The position numbers were made by a program, and so were the translations under genes. 64,000 nt of DNA from Octopus sinensis. Lineage: Eukaryota. Every line of letters starts with the position of its first letter. The stretch's first letter is position 1. The stretch spans positions 10,168,001 to 10,232,000 of the forward strand of contig NC_043007.1 in assembly GCF_006345805.1 (NCBI RefSeq), read 5' to 3'. Of the stretch, positions 40,101 through 53,124 are shown one piece after another. Below the pieces are notes generated by a model. It saw only the letters and a program-made list of their open reading frames with translations. It did no database searches and was not told where the DNA came from.

Positions 40101-43100
40101 ATCTCTTATACCATCCACCATATTCTCCTGATATTGCGCCATCCGACTACCACTTGTTTTTGTCTTGACAGGACTCATTGCAAGGAAAAACATTTAATGA
40201 TTTAGATGGAGTGAAAATGCATCTGAATAACTTTTCTTCAAAAACCAGTCAAATTTTGTTGATGGAATATTTAAATTACCTGATAGATAGGCAAAAGTCA
40301 TTAATATTAATGGAAATTATTTCATTGAATAAAATTTATTTAAAAGTCAATTATTTCTATCTCTTTTTGCGTATTAAAAATGCTCAAAACTTCCTGGACA
40401 ACCTAATAGAATTGATGACGCATTAAACAAACAGTTATTAAGATTAACATACTCTGGAGTGTAGGCATGGATCTCCGTAGTATGTTGGGCCTGTTTCTTT
40501 GTTTCCACTCTGTGGCCCCTTGACATGTATCTTCTATTGCCTCAGTTTGACCAAGGGCATTGTGGGCAGCTGGAAACTAGAAACTTGTTAGATGGACCCG
40601 TTACTTTTCTTGAGTTGTAAATTTAATTCATCACCTGGCTTAACTCCACCATCTGACCTTTGGACATATTTAGTGGACTTTAGTGTGCATTTGGGTGATT
40701 GCTCCAGTTTGTAGTTAACACCCTCCTTTCTTTTCATCACTTTCAGAGGTCCCGATGAGTCATGGGTGCTGCTTTTAACTTACTCATTTAGACCCTTCAC
40801 TTCCTATGGAATATAGGCCATCAATGACATCTCTCCACTGTTCCTGACTCTGTGACTGTCCTTTCTGTTTCATCCTGTATACAAAGCCCTTCTTCCCCAG
40901 CTCTGGTTGGTTTCAAATTGTCACTGATCTTTTATTCTTTTACTTGTTTCGGTCCTTTGACTATGGCCTTGCTGGAGCAACACCTTAGAGGGTTTTAGTC
41001 AAACAAATCGACCTCAGGACATATTCTTTGTCAGCCTTGTACTTATTCTATCAGTTACATTTTGCTGAGCCGCTAAGTTACAGGGACATAAACGCATCAA
41101 CATCAGTTGTCAAGCTATGGTGGTAGGACAAACAGACACAATGAGATACATTAATATATACATATATACAGTTTCTGTCCTTCAAATCCACTTACAAGGC
41201 ATTGGTCAGGCCAAGGCTATAGTAGAAGACCCTTACCCAAAGTGTCACACAGTGGAACTGAACCTAGAACAAGCAAGCTTCAGGTCCTCTACCAGGGGTT
41301 CTCAACCACTTTTTTTTTTATCTACAGACCCCTTTCATTACTCTTTTACTCTAGCGGACCCACATAGCCATTCAATGTTTAAAGACTAGTTTTATAGATA
41401 CTTCTTTTGAAATTCCTATTTTGTTTCTCCCAAATTAACTTGTATAGGTTGAACCATGTAAAATGATAGATAAAGAAACCAAGCCAGTTTCTTACAATAG
41501 ACATATCTACTTCAAGATTATTTTCATGGACCCTTAAACTACTATTGTGGGTCCCCAATTTATTATTTTGCTTGTGTGTACCCCCAGGGGTTGCATGGAC
41601 CCATTTTGAGAATTACTGACCTACACAAACCTCTTTTTACCTCAGGGAAGATTTGGTCCTAATTAGTCTGGCCTCTATCTTAGGACCTGTCCAGCATGAG
41701 GAGCCCTACTAGGAACTTGCACTCTGCTGCTGACATAGTTCTCAAGGTTATTGAGGCACAGGTTACCACATTGCAACAAGGCCTGGCCCTTGTGGTAGCC
41801 TTCTCCTTAAGATGGAGTCCTTAACCCTTAAGCATTCAGATTAATCTGTTCCGTGAAAAGCTTATTTATTAATATTCTAAATTAATCATGTGTTATGTCA
41901 TAGCTTTGAGATTTCAATGATGTGATTGTTTATTTTTAAGATGGTATTGTAGGATAGGTGTGAGGGGCCTGATCTGATTAGCTTAACCCTTTAGCATTCA
42001 GATTACCCTTATCAAATGTAATGCTTATCACCGTGACCAACCAGGCTATCAGATGTTGCTACACATCGCTGGTCACAATGCGCTTCACATTGTTTTAGCT
42101 TTCAAATGACACCACCTCACTGGCTAAGCGAGCAGGCCAACAGAAGAAAGAGTGAGAGAAAGTTGCAGCGAAAGAGTACAGCAGGGATCGCCACCCCCCC
42201 CCCCCTACCGGAGCCTCATGGAGCTTTAGGTGTTTTCGCTCAATAAACACAACGCTCGGTCTGGGAATCGAAACCACGATCCTACGGCCGTGAGTCCACT
42301 GCCCTAACCACTGGGCCATTGTGCATCCAATTACATTATTGTGAATTACTCCTACTCCTGCATTGTCTTGTAGCTTTAAGATTTCAATGATGGTATTCTT
42401 TACTTGCAGAATGACATTGTAGGGTAGGTCTAAGAAGCCAGATCTGGCTAGTATAAACACAAAACAAGAAGAATATTTGGCCCAGATATGGCTTGTTTAG
42501 ATAAAGAGTTAAACATAAAGCAAGTAGAATATTTAGGCCAGATATGGCCAGATTAAACGCCAAAGGGTTAAAAGAAACAAAACTTAATACATCATCTGGT
42601 TGGACACCATCTTCTGGCTTGTTGAGAGTCATCATCGTTCATCGTTTAACGTCTGCTCTCCATGCTAGCATGGGTTGGACGGTTCGACTGGGGTCTGGGA
42701 AGCCAGGAGGCTGCACCAGGCCCAGTCTGATCTGGCAGTGCTTCTACAGCTGGATGCCCTTCCTAACGCCAACCACTCCGTGAGTGTAGTGGGTGCTTTT
42801 TATGTGCCACCGGCATGGTGCCAGGAAAGGCTGGCAACAGCCATGATTGGCTGGTGCTTTTTAGGTGCCACTGGCACGGAGGCTAGTCGGGGTGGTGCTG
42901 GCAATGGCCACGTTCGGATGGTTCTTTTACGTGCCACACCGGCACTGGTATTGCCACCAGCAAAGAAACAAAAACTCTTCCCTTCCTCTACCAGTCTTAG
43001 GGGCCCCTACAAAAGATTCTTTTACTGTGTAAGCTATAAAATATGTACTAAATGACTGTTACCTCTAATTTTAAATGAATTCTCTTTTGTTTTTCATTTA

Positions 43101-43617
43101 CTCTTCTCTCCTCTTGTCTTGGTTGTATGCTGTATGTATGCAAATATACACTCACACATATATCTGTATATATAAATACACATAGACAGGTGCATATCTA
43201 CACAGGTACTCAATACAATACAAACTGTAAATCTAACTCGGGATGGTTCCAAGTGTTACATATGTTTAAAAGGAGAAAAGTTTCAAAATTCACTACAGCT
43301 GTTTCGGTAGTATTTTGGCTCTCCTGGATTCTATACCTTTCACCCTTCTCTTTCCTCTCTTGCTCTGTCACCAGTGCACTTGATTCTCTCTTCCACCTTC
43401 AGTTCCAGTTTAACCCCCTCCCTTCATCTCTCTTCATTCTATAATGTCGTGTTTTGTCTATTTACCTAGGTTGACAGAATGGTCTCTACGAGAAGCTTAC
43501 CTGGAGCTAGATCGCAGGGAACGTGATGGTCTTGATTTAATATCACCTGACCTCTTACCACCTGAAAGTATAGAACTGCCGCCAGATGATGAAATAACTC
43601 AAGAAATCATAATTTAA
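27898..43617 (+). CDS. NDUFB11: NADH dehydrogenase (ubiquinone) 1 beta subcomplex subunit 11 (ESSS), mitochondrial; exons 27898-28110, 37472-37605, 43470-43617; 164 aa
   Basis: Arg/Ser/Leu-rich presequence MAALLRYSTRLIRPLSKIR; exon 2 NWITYGYDFVDKDLDRF...FLSITLCLVGGTFLLAYLPD; exon 3 LTEWSLREAYLELDRRERDGLDLISPDLLPPESIELP. These are the characteristic NDUFB11 motifs. GT-AG introns with phases 0 and 2 match. Confidence 0.92.
29599..29997 (+). mobile_element. tRNA-derived SINE family 1, full length
   Basis: GGCGCAGGAGTGGCTGTGTGG head through AAAGAG tail; further copies at 36892-37280, 38625-39020, 49915-50280, 56979-57420 and 61240-61663 (-). Confidence 0.85.
30328..30729. mobile_element. GGATC-TIR MITE
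   Basis: Intact TIRs GGATCTTTTCGGTTTGAACGGCAG / CTGCCGTTCAAACCGAAAAGATCC. Confidence 0.8.
30932..31258. mobile_element. MITE with GGTCCCGGTGCGCGCA inverted ends, carrying a nested 142-bp GGATC mini-element (31046-31187)
   Basis: Inverted arms visible; nested element flanked by TCGACTAG/CCGACTAG; related MITE at 33664-33916. Confidence 0.7.
32421..32833. mobile_element. GGATC-TIR MITE with perfect 8-bp TSD
   Basis: GTTTTCTG immediately on both sides. Confidence 0.85.
32880..35130 (-). mobile_element. Degenerate Tigger/pogo transposon, interrupted by a MITE (33664-33916) and a Helitron (34513-34894)
   Basis: MSPKKANAKDSAEKKNKLITI N-terminus; CENP-B-type HTH region (FKVSRGWFDNFRKRTGVHGVIKYGEAASSD); DDE region KYLLENNFPLKALLILNNAP and LTLREFW.E.YNI. 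Confidence 0.8.
36223..36630. mobile_element. GGATC-TIR MITE
   Basis: TIRs at both ends; same internal sequence as other copies. Confidence 0.8.
37472..37605 (+). CDS. NDUFB11: NDUFB11 coding exon 2 (transmembrane helix)
   Basis: ttttcag|AAC TGG; donor AG|gtattt. Confidence 0.92.
38580..40406 (+). mobile_element. Degenerate mariner element with nested SINE and Tigger fragment
   Basis: TIRs TTAGGTTGTCCAG(A/G)AAGTT with TA TSDs; transposase motifs SGRPS, WVPHRLSE, GDGKW, QDNAR, HPPYSPDIAPSDYHLF. Confidence 0.88.
41293..41618. mobile_element. hAT (Charlie-like) MITE
   Basis: CAGGGGTTCTCAA...TTGAGAATTACTG termini; TSD degenerate. Confidence 0.6.
43470..43617 (+). CDS. NDUFB11: NDUFB11 coding exon 3 (absent from the ORF track)
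   Basis: tttacctag|G TTG ACA GAA TGG ... ATT TAA. Confidence 0.92.
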
Positions 43618-43825
43618 CATTGTTCAGCTGAAGGAGACATAAATGATGAAGGAACGAGAGAGTATAGACATATATGTGGTGACAGAATGTCCCTTTACTC
43701 TCAGGATTAGTTAAGACTGTGTAAGCGATGTCAGACATGTTAGCTGGAACGTTGTGTTTTTTTGTTTATTTTTTTTGAAGATTCAAAAGAATTTTTTTTT
43801 TTATATATAGTTTTTTTTTCTTTCA

Positions 43826-43903
43826 AATAAACTAAAAATCTTTAAAAATCTACTGCATTGTTCATTTTCTATATTTTTTTCCATTATGTTCTCTTAAAAT
43901 AAA
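43826..43903 (+). terminator. Candidate NDUFB11 polyadenylation signals
   Basis: AATAAA at 43826-43831 and 43898-43903, 210-290 nt after the stop codon. Confidence 0.5.
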
Positions 43904-45786
43904 GTGGCAAATTTGCAGAATCATTGGAATATCTACCTGTGAATGTGTGTGTGTTATTGTCTCATTGCTTTGACTTCATGTGAGGAAGGACATCAGGCTG
44001 TAGAAAATCTACCTCAACAAATTCTATCCATCCATCCATGCAAGCATGTTAAAATGGACGTTAAGTATTGAATATTTTATACACACGCACACACATTAGA
44101 CAGGCATACACACACAAACATATACTTCTACACAGATATATGTTTAATCAGGGGAAGAGCTAGTGTCTGTCTTGCTACAAGCCCTCAAGACTATTGGTGG
44201 GATTAGGGTGGAAGGTATCCTCAAACCAAAAATGAGGCCCAAATGCTTGCTTCAGAGTGGGCGAGGGTGAAACTCCACTAAAGTTACCCAAAGTAATAAG
44301 TGTTTGTGTGAAGCAGGATAATGCAAAGTTGTTAAAGAATTGTGACCATTATTACATCACAGGTGAAAATTTTTGCATTAAGTGAATCATATATATAATA
44401 AAGCACTAATTATATATACATACATATACATGCATTTATATATAAAGGTCAGTTGCAGGATTCATTCGAATCAAGGTACTTCAACATACTGGACACCAGG
44501 ATAGGCCAGGTACTGAACTTATAATACTTTGGAGCAACTTAAAATTGTTTGTTTGTTGGTTGTATGCTGTATGTATGCACATATACACTCACACATATAT
44601 CTACATATATAAATACACATAGACAGGTGCGTATATACACAGGTACTCAATACAAATCAAACTGTAGATCCAACTCGGGGATGGTTCCAAGTGTTACGTA
44701 TGTATAAAAGGAGAACATAAGTTTCAAAATTCACTACAGCTGTTTCGGTAGTATTTTGGCTATGTGGTAAGAAGCTTACTTCCCATTTACATGGTTCTGG
44801 GTTAAGTCCCCATTGCGTGGCATCTTGGGTAAGTGTCTTCTACTATAACCTTGGGCTGACCAAAGCCTTGAGAGTGGCTCTGGTAGACAGAAACTAAAAG
44901 AAGCCCGTCGTATATATATTATGTATATATATATATGTGTGTGTGTATGTGTATGCTTGTGTTTGTCCAACTCCATCACTACTTGACAACTGATGTTGGT
45001 TTGTTTACATCCCCATAAACTAGCGGTTCGGCAAAATGAGACCAATAGAATAAACACTAGGCTTTAAAAAAAGTCTTGGGGTCGATTTGTTCGACTAAAG
45101 CCCTATAAGGCAGTGCTGCAGCATGGTCGCAGTCAAATGACTGAAACAAAAGAATAATCCTATATTACATCATGGCAAAAATCTACCATCACCAGGTAAA
45201 TTTTGGACACCATGTAACTGGTGAGCGAATCAAGCTTCTATTTCTACCTTACCCGTAAAAGTTACCCGAAGGTTACGGATTTTCCTCACGATGTAATGTA
45301 AGATTGCATCAACAAAATGCTGCCGAAACAGCTTTTGTGAATTTTGAACTTCACAGGACTGGCTCCTGTGCAGGTGGCACGTAAAAAACACCATTTGAGC
45401 GTGGCCGTTGCCAGTACCGCCTGACTGGCCCTCGTGCCAGTGGCACGTAAAAGCACCTACTACACTCTCGGAGTGGTTGGCGTTAGGAAGGGCATCCAGC
45501 TGTAGAAACTCTGCCAGATCGAGATTGGAGCCTAGTGTAGCCATCTGGTTCGCCAGTCCTCAGACAAATCGTCCAACCCATGGTAACATGGAAAGCGGAC
45601 GTTAAATGATGATGATTTATGTTCTTTTAACCATGCATTATATGCGCATGTATGCATCTGTATGTTTATGCTTGCATACATATGTGTGTATACATGCAAT
45701 TCAACTTTGCAGAAACTAAAAGACGAAGACGAGTGTGGGAACAACAAGCAGCTGTATTAGTTTAACGCTCGGGAAGAATAGAAACG

Positions 45787-45824
45787 TCTTTTACGTCTCG
45801 AGTCTACGCTCTTCGACAGAAAGT
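45787..45824 (-). ncRNA. Atypical minimal hammerhead-like motif, degenerate copy, in a ~180-bp repeat (about 45690-45865)
   Basis: aCTTT CTGTCGA A GAG cgtaga CTC GAGA CG TA AAAGa; GAAA is mutated to GAGA. Confidence 0.4.
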
Positions 45825-45869
45825 ATTAAGAGGCAAAAAACGGAGAGAACGTAAAAAAACGGCGTGAGA

Positions 45870-45913
<44 letters not shown>

Positions 45914-46533
45914 AGTGCGCGCGCTATGTATATATGTGTGTGTGTGTGTGTGTATATATGTGTGTCTGTACATATATGTATACATCGCTCTATATATATG
46001 CATGTATATATATCTTTATACGAGTATGCACACACACACACACATATATATATATACACATACATATATGTATCTATATATATTACATATATATGCGCAC
46101 ACGCGCCTGCAAGAACATTGCAGAAATGAAATGACACCACAAAGAAAACGGAAGAAAAAAAAAAGAAAAAGAAAACACTGCAAATCCTAATCAGATCCAC
46201 CACTTCCCTCGGTCAAATGCTGCTCGTACGGACGCTCATGACGAACAAGGATTGGTCTTCTCAGTCATCAGGAAAACCAACGTAACGAATAAGAAAAAGG
46301 AAAAGAAGTGGAAAAACCTATTCGGAAACGAAGAGTAGCTGTCTACGTCCGCATGGACGATGTTTGCGTAGAGATATATATTTGTGCGTATATATGTTTA
46401 AGTGTATTTTGCATGTGTGTATATTATTATTTGTGCGTGTGTTGAGTGTGTTCATGTATCTTAAAAGTAAGGCTATACCCTGTATAGTCTTACTCTTTTA
46501 AAATACTCATGTATTTTAAGAGTAAGTCTATAT

Positions 46534-46734
46534 CAGTGGTTTTCAACCAGGGTTCCGCCAGTACAGTCCAGGGGTTCCGCAAGAAGTTACAAAACTGCTT
46601 AAATCGGCAGTAATTTTTAATTCTCCTATGCAGATATGTGTGCATAAAACTATTAAATTATTGCACAGGGGTTCCTCGAGCCAGTGGAATGTTTCCTTGG
46701 GGTTCCGCTCCAGCAAAAAGTTTGAAAAGCACTG
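46534..46734. mobile_element. hAT MITE
   Basis: CAGTGGTTTTCAA / TTGAAAAGCACTG TIRs; perfect 8-bp TSD GTCTATAT. Confidence 0.85.
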
Positions 46735-47539
46735 GTCTATATGATACTAGTTACCGCATCCGATAGCTTATAAGATGCACTTTTACTAAAAAAAATGTCT
46801 CAAAACATTCTCCTCCCGCGGGTTCTATTTGCAAAGTTAGTCCTCCTTTAAACCAGGCTTGTCCCTGACACTCACTACTATAGGCTAATTTTAATCCAGA
46901 CGGTCTCTTGAACCTAGCTTGACATTGCTTTATGTTCAGCTCTGTTGCTAAAGTATTTTTATAATGTTTTGTAATGCAATCTTAAATTGCTTTAAATATT
47001 ACACGCTTTAGTAAACTAACAACTATTTTTCCTGAAAATGCAATGTTGAATTTGGGGTGCATCGAATATGCCCACGCGTCTTTTGAGCCATCAAATACGA
47101 TATGTCTTCACCGTGATTATGATCCGGTAAAATGTCTCAAGTGTATTTGGGCGATTATGGTAAAACATCGGATCTAAGATATTGTTCGGTGAAATATCTT
47201 GATACTGTCGTCTTGGATTTAGTAGTTATACTACCGCCTATAATAAATGTCAGTGTTGGTGTCTGTTGATGCATGGAAGATAAGAAATAACATTTAAAGA
47301 ACGAAGGGTAATTGTTAAGAAAATACGACCATTATTACTTCATAGCCGAAAAGCCTCAAATGCGTAACAATCGGACATCTTTCGCTTGAAGTAATTCGTG
47401 TAATTTGTTAATAACAATGATTTACAAAATTTTCATTTTGCTCTGAAGCAAGGATGTGAATAGGTGTTTTTTTTTTTATTGTTTATTTTTTACTAATTTT
47501 GATGGGGTCACTTCAATTTTCTGAACAGAATAAATACAG

Positions 47540-48900
47540 AACATAGATGGAACTAAATCACTTGGATAATACAATACACACAAATCATAGCACAGCAGCG
47601 AATTTTTGTGTACACGATCTTGTGTACTTTACCCCCGGTGTGATGTCACGCAAGAGCATCCAGTAAAAGTCCCTCATCATGCTGGGGTTCCACTTGTCTT
47701 GGTAGTTACTATCCATCTTAATAATATCTTGGTGGAACTTTTCTCCATGCTCATCACTCACTGTTCTGAGCTTCGGCGGGAAGAAGTTGTGGTGGGGGTG
47801 GAGAAAGTGAATTTTGAATGACATTCGGCACCCCATATCCTCATAAGACCAACAACTCGATACGCTCTTGGTAATCTAGTATCAGTGTGTTACCAAGGAA
47901 GCCATGGCGGACTGACTTAAATGCTTCCCATGTCCTCAGTTCCTTTAAGCTAAGAAGCTCCTCAAAGTCCTTATCCTTCAGCACCTCTTGAATCTGAGGT
48001 CCGGCGAAGATGCCCTCCTTGAGCTTAGCAGAACTCAGAGCTGGGAACAGAGTGCACAAGTGTTGGCCTTCACGAAATTCTTCATTAAACCAAGCTTGGT
48101 ATGAAGAGGAGGAAGAAGCACCTTGTTCATGTGCACCAGATGATTTTCTTGGCCACTGTGTTCACCAGGCATGAAAGTGCTCCTAGATCCCCAATCCTTT
48201 TGCTTGTAATGCTTGGACACAGCCAGACTGTCCCAGAGACAGAGAAAGCAACAGTACTTTGTGAAGCTCGCTTGCATACCCATAAGGAGCCCAATGACCC
48301 TGAGATCCCCGCAGAGACTCCACTAGTACTAGTTCTACTTGACAGCTTCTAAAAGGAGCTCCATATTGTCATACAGCTCCTTCAGATGGACTGAGTAGGC
48401 AATGGAAATGCCGGGGTATTTATTCCTATTGTGCTGGAGTACAGCTTTCAGACTTCACTTGGAAGAGTCTATGAAAAGGGGTCAGTCTGAGGAATTGTGT
48501 TGGAAACCAAGGAATGTGAACAAGCAGTAGCACAACCTGTTTTCCATGTCGAAGAATGAAGCAAAGTCCTGGTTCCATGTCCTGAAACTGGTGATCCTTG
48601 CCTCTGCCTTGACCAGTTTCCACTTCTTAAGCCGGATGCCGGGAACTCTGACTACTGCTTAGGTAGATAAGAATCACGGGCAAGATCATTCAGGATTTGT
48701 CCTGTTGTCCAATTTTACAGTCAAAATAATGAAAGTAAGCCGTTCTCAGGAGGCAAGTAATTGTTCAGCGTTGTGCAACTGTTGTGAAATCCTCTCATAC
48801 GTAACAGTATGAATTTGCCTTGAAGCCATTGTAGAGATATGCCTCATATGTATTACAAAAATCTGGAAAACAAAATAAAAATCGATCATATATATATGGT
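47540..48900 (-). mobile_element. Degenerate DNA transposase relic, probably Chapaev3/CMC-type
   Basis: Frameshifted motifs TKYCCFLCLWDS, VLLPPLHTKLGLMKNFVKA, KLKEGIFAGPQI, MSFKIHFLH, VSDEHGEKFHQDI. Family name is from recall. Confidence 0.65.
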
Positions 48901-49103
48901 TACGTGAATTGTCGCAAAATCATAATTACTTGTTTCAGTCATTAAACTGCGGCCACGCTGGTGAGTTGCCTTGAAAATTTTTTTTAAATAATGAGTCGAC
49001 ACCACAACTAATTTTCTTAAAGCCTGGTACTTATTCTATCGGTCACTTTTGTTGGTGTGTTTACGGGGAATAGCGATGATGGGCGGCAAATACAGACACA
49101 CAC

Positions 49104-49186
<83 letters not shown>

Positions 49187-50968
49187 CACACGCACACACA
49201 CACACATACGTGTGTGGTAAGACGCTTGTTTCTCAACCTCATGGTTCCGGGTTCAGTCCCGCTGCGTGACACAATTATCTTCTGCTTTAGCCTTGGGCCG
49301 ATCAAAGCTTTGTGAGTGGATTTGGTAGACAGAAAGTGTAAGAAGCCCGTCGTGTACATACATGCATACATACATACACACCTACATACATACCTACATA
49401 CACACACATACATACATACATACATACATACATACATACATACATACATACATACATACATGCCAGAGTGTGTGTGTGTTCGTGCTTGTGTATGTGTTTG
49501 TCTCCCACCCCCTGACAACTGTTGTTGGCGTTTGTTTTGCCCGTAACTTAATGGTTCGGCAAAAGAGACCGATATAATAAGTACCAGACTTTAAAAAATA
49601 AGTACTGGAGTCGATTGCTTCGACTAAAGTTTCTTCAAGGCAGTGACCCAGGATGGCTACTGTCTAATGATTGAAGCAAAAAAAAAAAAAAGAAGAAGAT
49701 ATATACACGATGGGCTTCTTTCGGTTTCCATCTAACAAATCCACTCACAACGCTTTGGTCGGCTTGAAACTTTATGTAGAAGACACTTGCCTCAGTAGCC
49801 ACGCAGTGGAACTGAACCAAGAACCATATAGTTGGGAACCAAACTTCTTACCACACAGCTACGCCTGTCCCTATGGAAAGAGATAAAAAAAAGAAGGGAA
49901 AAATAATTTATAACAGGCGCAGGAGTGGCTGTGTGGTAAGTAGCTTGCTAACCAACCACATGGTTCCGGGTTCAGTCCCACTGCGTGGCATCTTGGGCAA
50001 GTGTCTTCTGCTATAGCCCCGGGCCGACCAATGCCTTGTGAGTGGATTTGGTAGACGGAAACTGAAAGAAGCCTGTCGTATATATGTATATATATATATG
50101 TGTGTGCATGTGTTTGTGTGTCTGTGTTTGTCCCCCTAACATTGCTTGACAACCGATGCTGGTGTGTCTACGTCCCCGTAACTTAGCGGTTCGGCAAAAG
50201 AGACCGATAGAATAAGTACTAAAGGCGGTGCTCCAGCATGGCCGCAGTCAAATGACTGAAACAAGTAAAAGAGTAAAAGAATAACAAAGCAAGACCGCTG
50301 GTGCAAAAAAAAAAAAAAATTGTGGTAAAAAAAAAGCGATTTGTAGGTCAAGTATTAAAAACATAAAGCCTTTTTTTCTTTTATAGTCTACCAGGAAAAA
50401 AAAAAAGAAAGAAAGAAAGGAGTAATTTTGTTTCAGCTTTCACAAGACAATTAGCATTCCACTTAACTGGAAAGAACAGTTGATTCATGTGTCTTTCCCT
50501 TGGAAATTTAGAATTAAATTACTTTCAAGTGCGTCTATGCTTTATTCAGTAACTGCTGTATTATTATCAAGTATCTGTACATTTTCTCTCTCTCTCTCAT
50601 ACACACACACACACATACACACACATACATACACAGACACCCACCCACACAACACAGGCACATATACATGAGTAAGGAAAATTTTTTAAGATCCAGTATA
50701 TTCCGCAATAATCTCCGATTTGTCATGTAAGAGTCCCGGATCCTTTCTGTTTGGTTGCACATACTCTCGCCTCTCTCTTTACTCTTTCACTTGTTTCAGT
50801 CATTTGACTGCGGCCATGCTGGAGCACCGCCTTTATTCGAGCAAATCGACCCCGGGATTTATTCTTTGTAAGCCTTGTACTTAACCTATCGTGTCTTTTG
50901 CCGAACCGCTAAGTTACGGGGACGTAAACACACCTGCATCGGTTGTCAAGCGATGTTGGGGGGGACAA

Positions 50969-51003
<35 letters not shown>

Positions 51004-51100
51004 ACGGGAAGCTTTACGAAAATAAACAAAAGACGAAGGCAGGTGGAGTACAAACAAACAATTGTATTAGTATGGCGCTCAGGAGTAGAAATAAAACAAG

Positions 51101-51138
51101 TCTTTTACGTTTCGAGCCTACGTTCTTCAACAGAAAGA
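51101..51138 (-). ncRNA. Atypical minimal hammerhead-like motif in a ~180-bp repeat (about 51005-51185)
   Basis: TCTTT CTGTTGA A GAA cgtagg CTC GAAA CG TA AAAGA: 5-bp stem I, palindromic ACGU stem III. Confidence 0.5.
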
Positions 51139-52514
51139 TACACAGAAAAGAAACACGGAGAGAAACAAGGAGAGAAAAGAATGCGTGCAGGAGCTAACGA
51201 TTCAACATGGCGGTCTGATTTCGGCCAGAAGTCAGAGATCAGACGTTAGACGCAAGAGGGATAGTAGGGGAGATAACAGGGTCAAATGACCTCGCCCCAA
51301 CATAAGGGTGCGTGTGTGTATAAGAGAGTATGTATGTGCGTATGAAAGGTCTGGACGTGTGTATGCATGTATGATGTGATGTGTAATGTCGTATGGTGTA
51401 GTGTAGTGTCGTATGGTGTAGTGTAGTGTAGTGTGGTGTGATGTTGTGGGGAGGTGGGGAGGCGGGGAAAGCCCATGTGGGGTGTGGGTTCGGCTGGGGG
51501 TTGGGGTAGAGTGGGGGTTGTGGGGAGAGTGAAAGGGGGAGAGAAGAGAGGAGATGAGGGGGAGAGGGGGCGAGAGATGAGATGAGATGAGGGGGTGAGG
51601 GGGGTGGAAGGAAGGGGGAGGTGAGAGGGGGGGAGAAGGAAGGAGAGGAGAAGATATATATACATATACATATATACGAGACTATAGAAGACACTTACCC
51701 AAGGTGCCACGCAGTGGGACTGAATTCGGAACCATGTGGTTGGTAAGCAAGCAACTTACGATACAGCCACTCCTGCACGTGTAGAAATTTTAGCGAAAAT
51801 TTTAAAATTTGGTGATTTATGTAATTTTCAACGCCGAATCTCAGTAGATATCTAACTTTTTCCTGAAAAATTTTTAAAAGAAGTTATCGAGGTTTAAGAT
51901 TTGATAAGTTTTACCCATTCAGAAAACAGAATTTGGAAGGTGTCACTCAAAAGTAGCAAATTTTAAAAGCTATTAACTTTTTATTTATCAATTTATGGCG
52001 AAAATGAATTTCATGTCAATGATTAGGATACAAAACAACACTATTACACTAAATATGAAATCAATTGGAACAGAAATTGAAGAAACTGAAAAGTAGCAGC
52101 CAAGCAGAAAAGATCCAGAGCCCTATATCTATTATGTAAAATCCGTTCTGTGTGTCTCTGTGTGTGTCTTCTAGGATCTCGGGCATCCTCCATCCGATTG
52201 CACTCAAATTTGATATGTAGATACCGACGGTATCAGGGCGTGTATAAGTCTTGAAAAATTTACAAAAATCGATTCCAGGTGAGAATGCGATTGATAAAGC
52301 CGTGGGAACGTGCATTTGTACGCGCAAATACATCAGCTGTTGCGATCGATACTACGCGTACGTGAGAAAAATGCTTGAAGGCACGTTTCTTTCCTGCCAA
52401 GCTTACTGTTTAAACCATGTTTGTATTCTCCCTTATCGTTACCGGTACTTTAAACTCTTCGGTTACATATTTGTGTGAATAAAATCGTTTTTCTTTGGAA
52501 TAGAAAAAAAGCCT

Positions 52515-52789
<275 letters not shown>

Positions 52790-53072
52790 CAACAATTGAG
52801 GGTAAAATTAATTAATTATTAATCAATTTCACCAAGTGTTCAGTATGTAAAGAGACCATTTAAGGCGAATTCAAATTATTACATTATATAAAAGGGCTTA
52901 GTAAAATAAATTACTTTGCCACATACTGAACTCATTAGAAATAGTAGCTAAAAAAACTTTTTTTAAAACTATTTCTAATACTTAAGAAAATCTCTCTCAT
53001 ATAGTGTTTGCTCAATTCAACTCACGAAAGTATGGGGGTAAAGACATTAAAAAATCAAATGCAAAGGTTATT

Positions 53073-53124
53073 TGAGAACGTACGTTTCAAGATTAGTCAA
53101 CTCGACATTTCTATCATCAGCTCA
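53073..53124 (-). ncRNA. Type I hammerhead ribozyme motif (unit copy 1)
   Basis: UGAG CUGAUGA [stem II] GAAA CGUACG U U CUCA; reverse complement of 54101-54152. Confidence 0.7.

Noticed and set aside
46230-46290. Minus-strand CTGATGA as an HHR core
   Set aside because: No downstream stem II/GAAA at a suitable distance.
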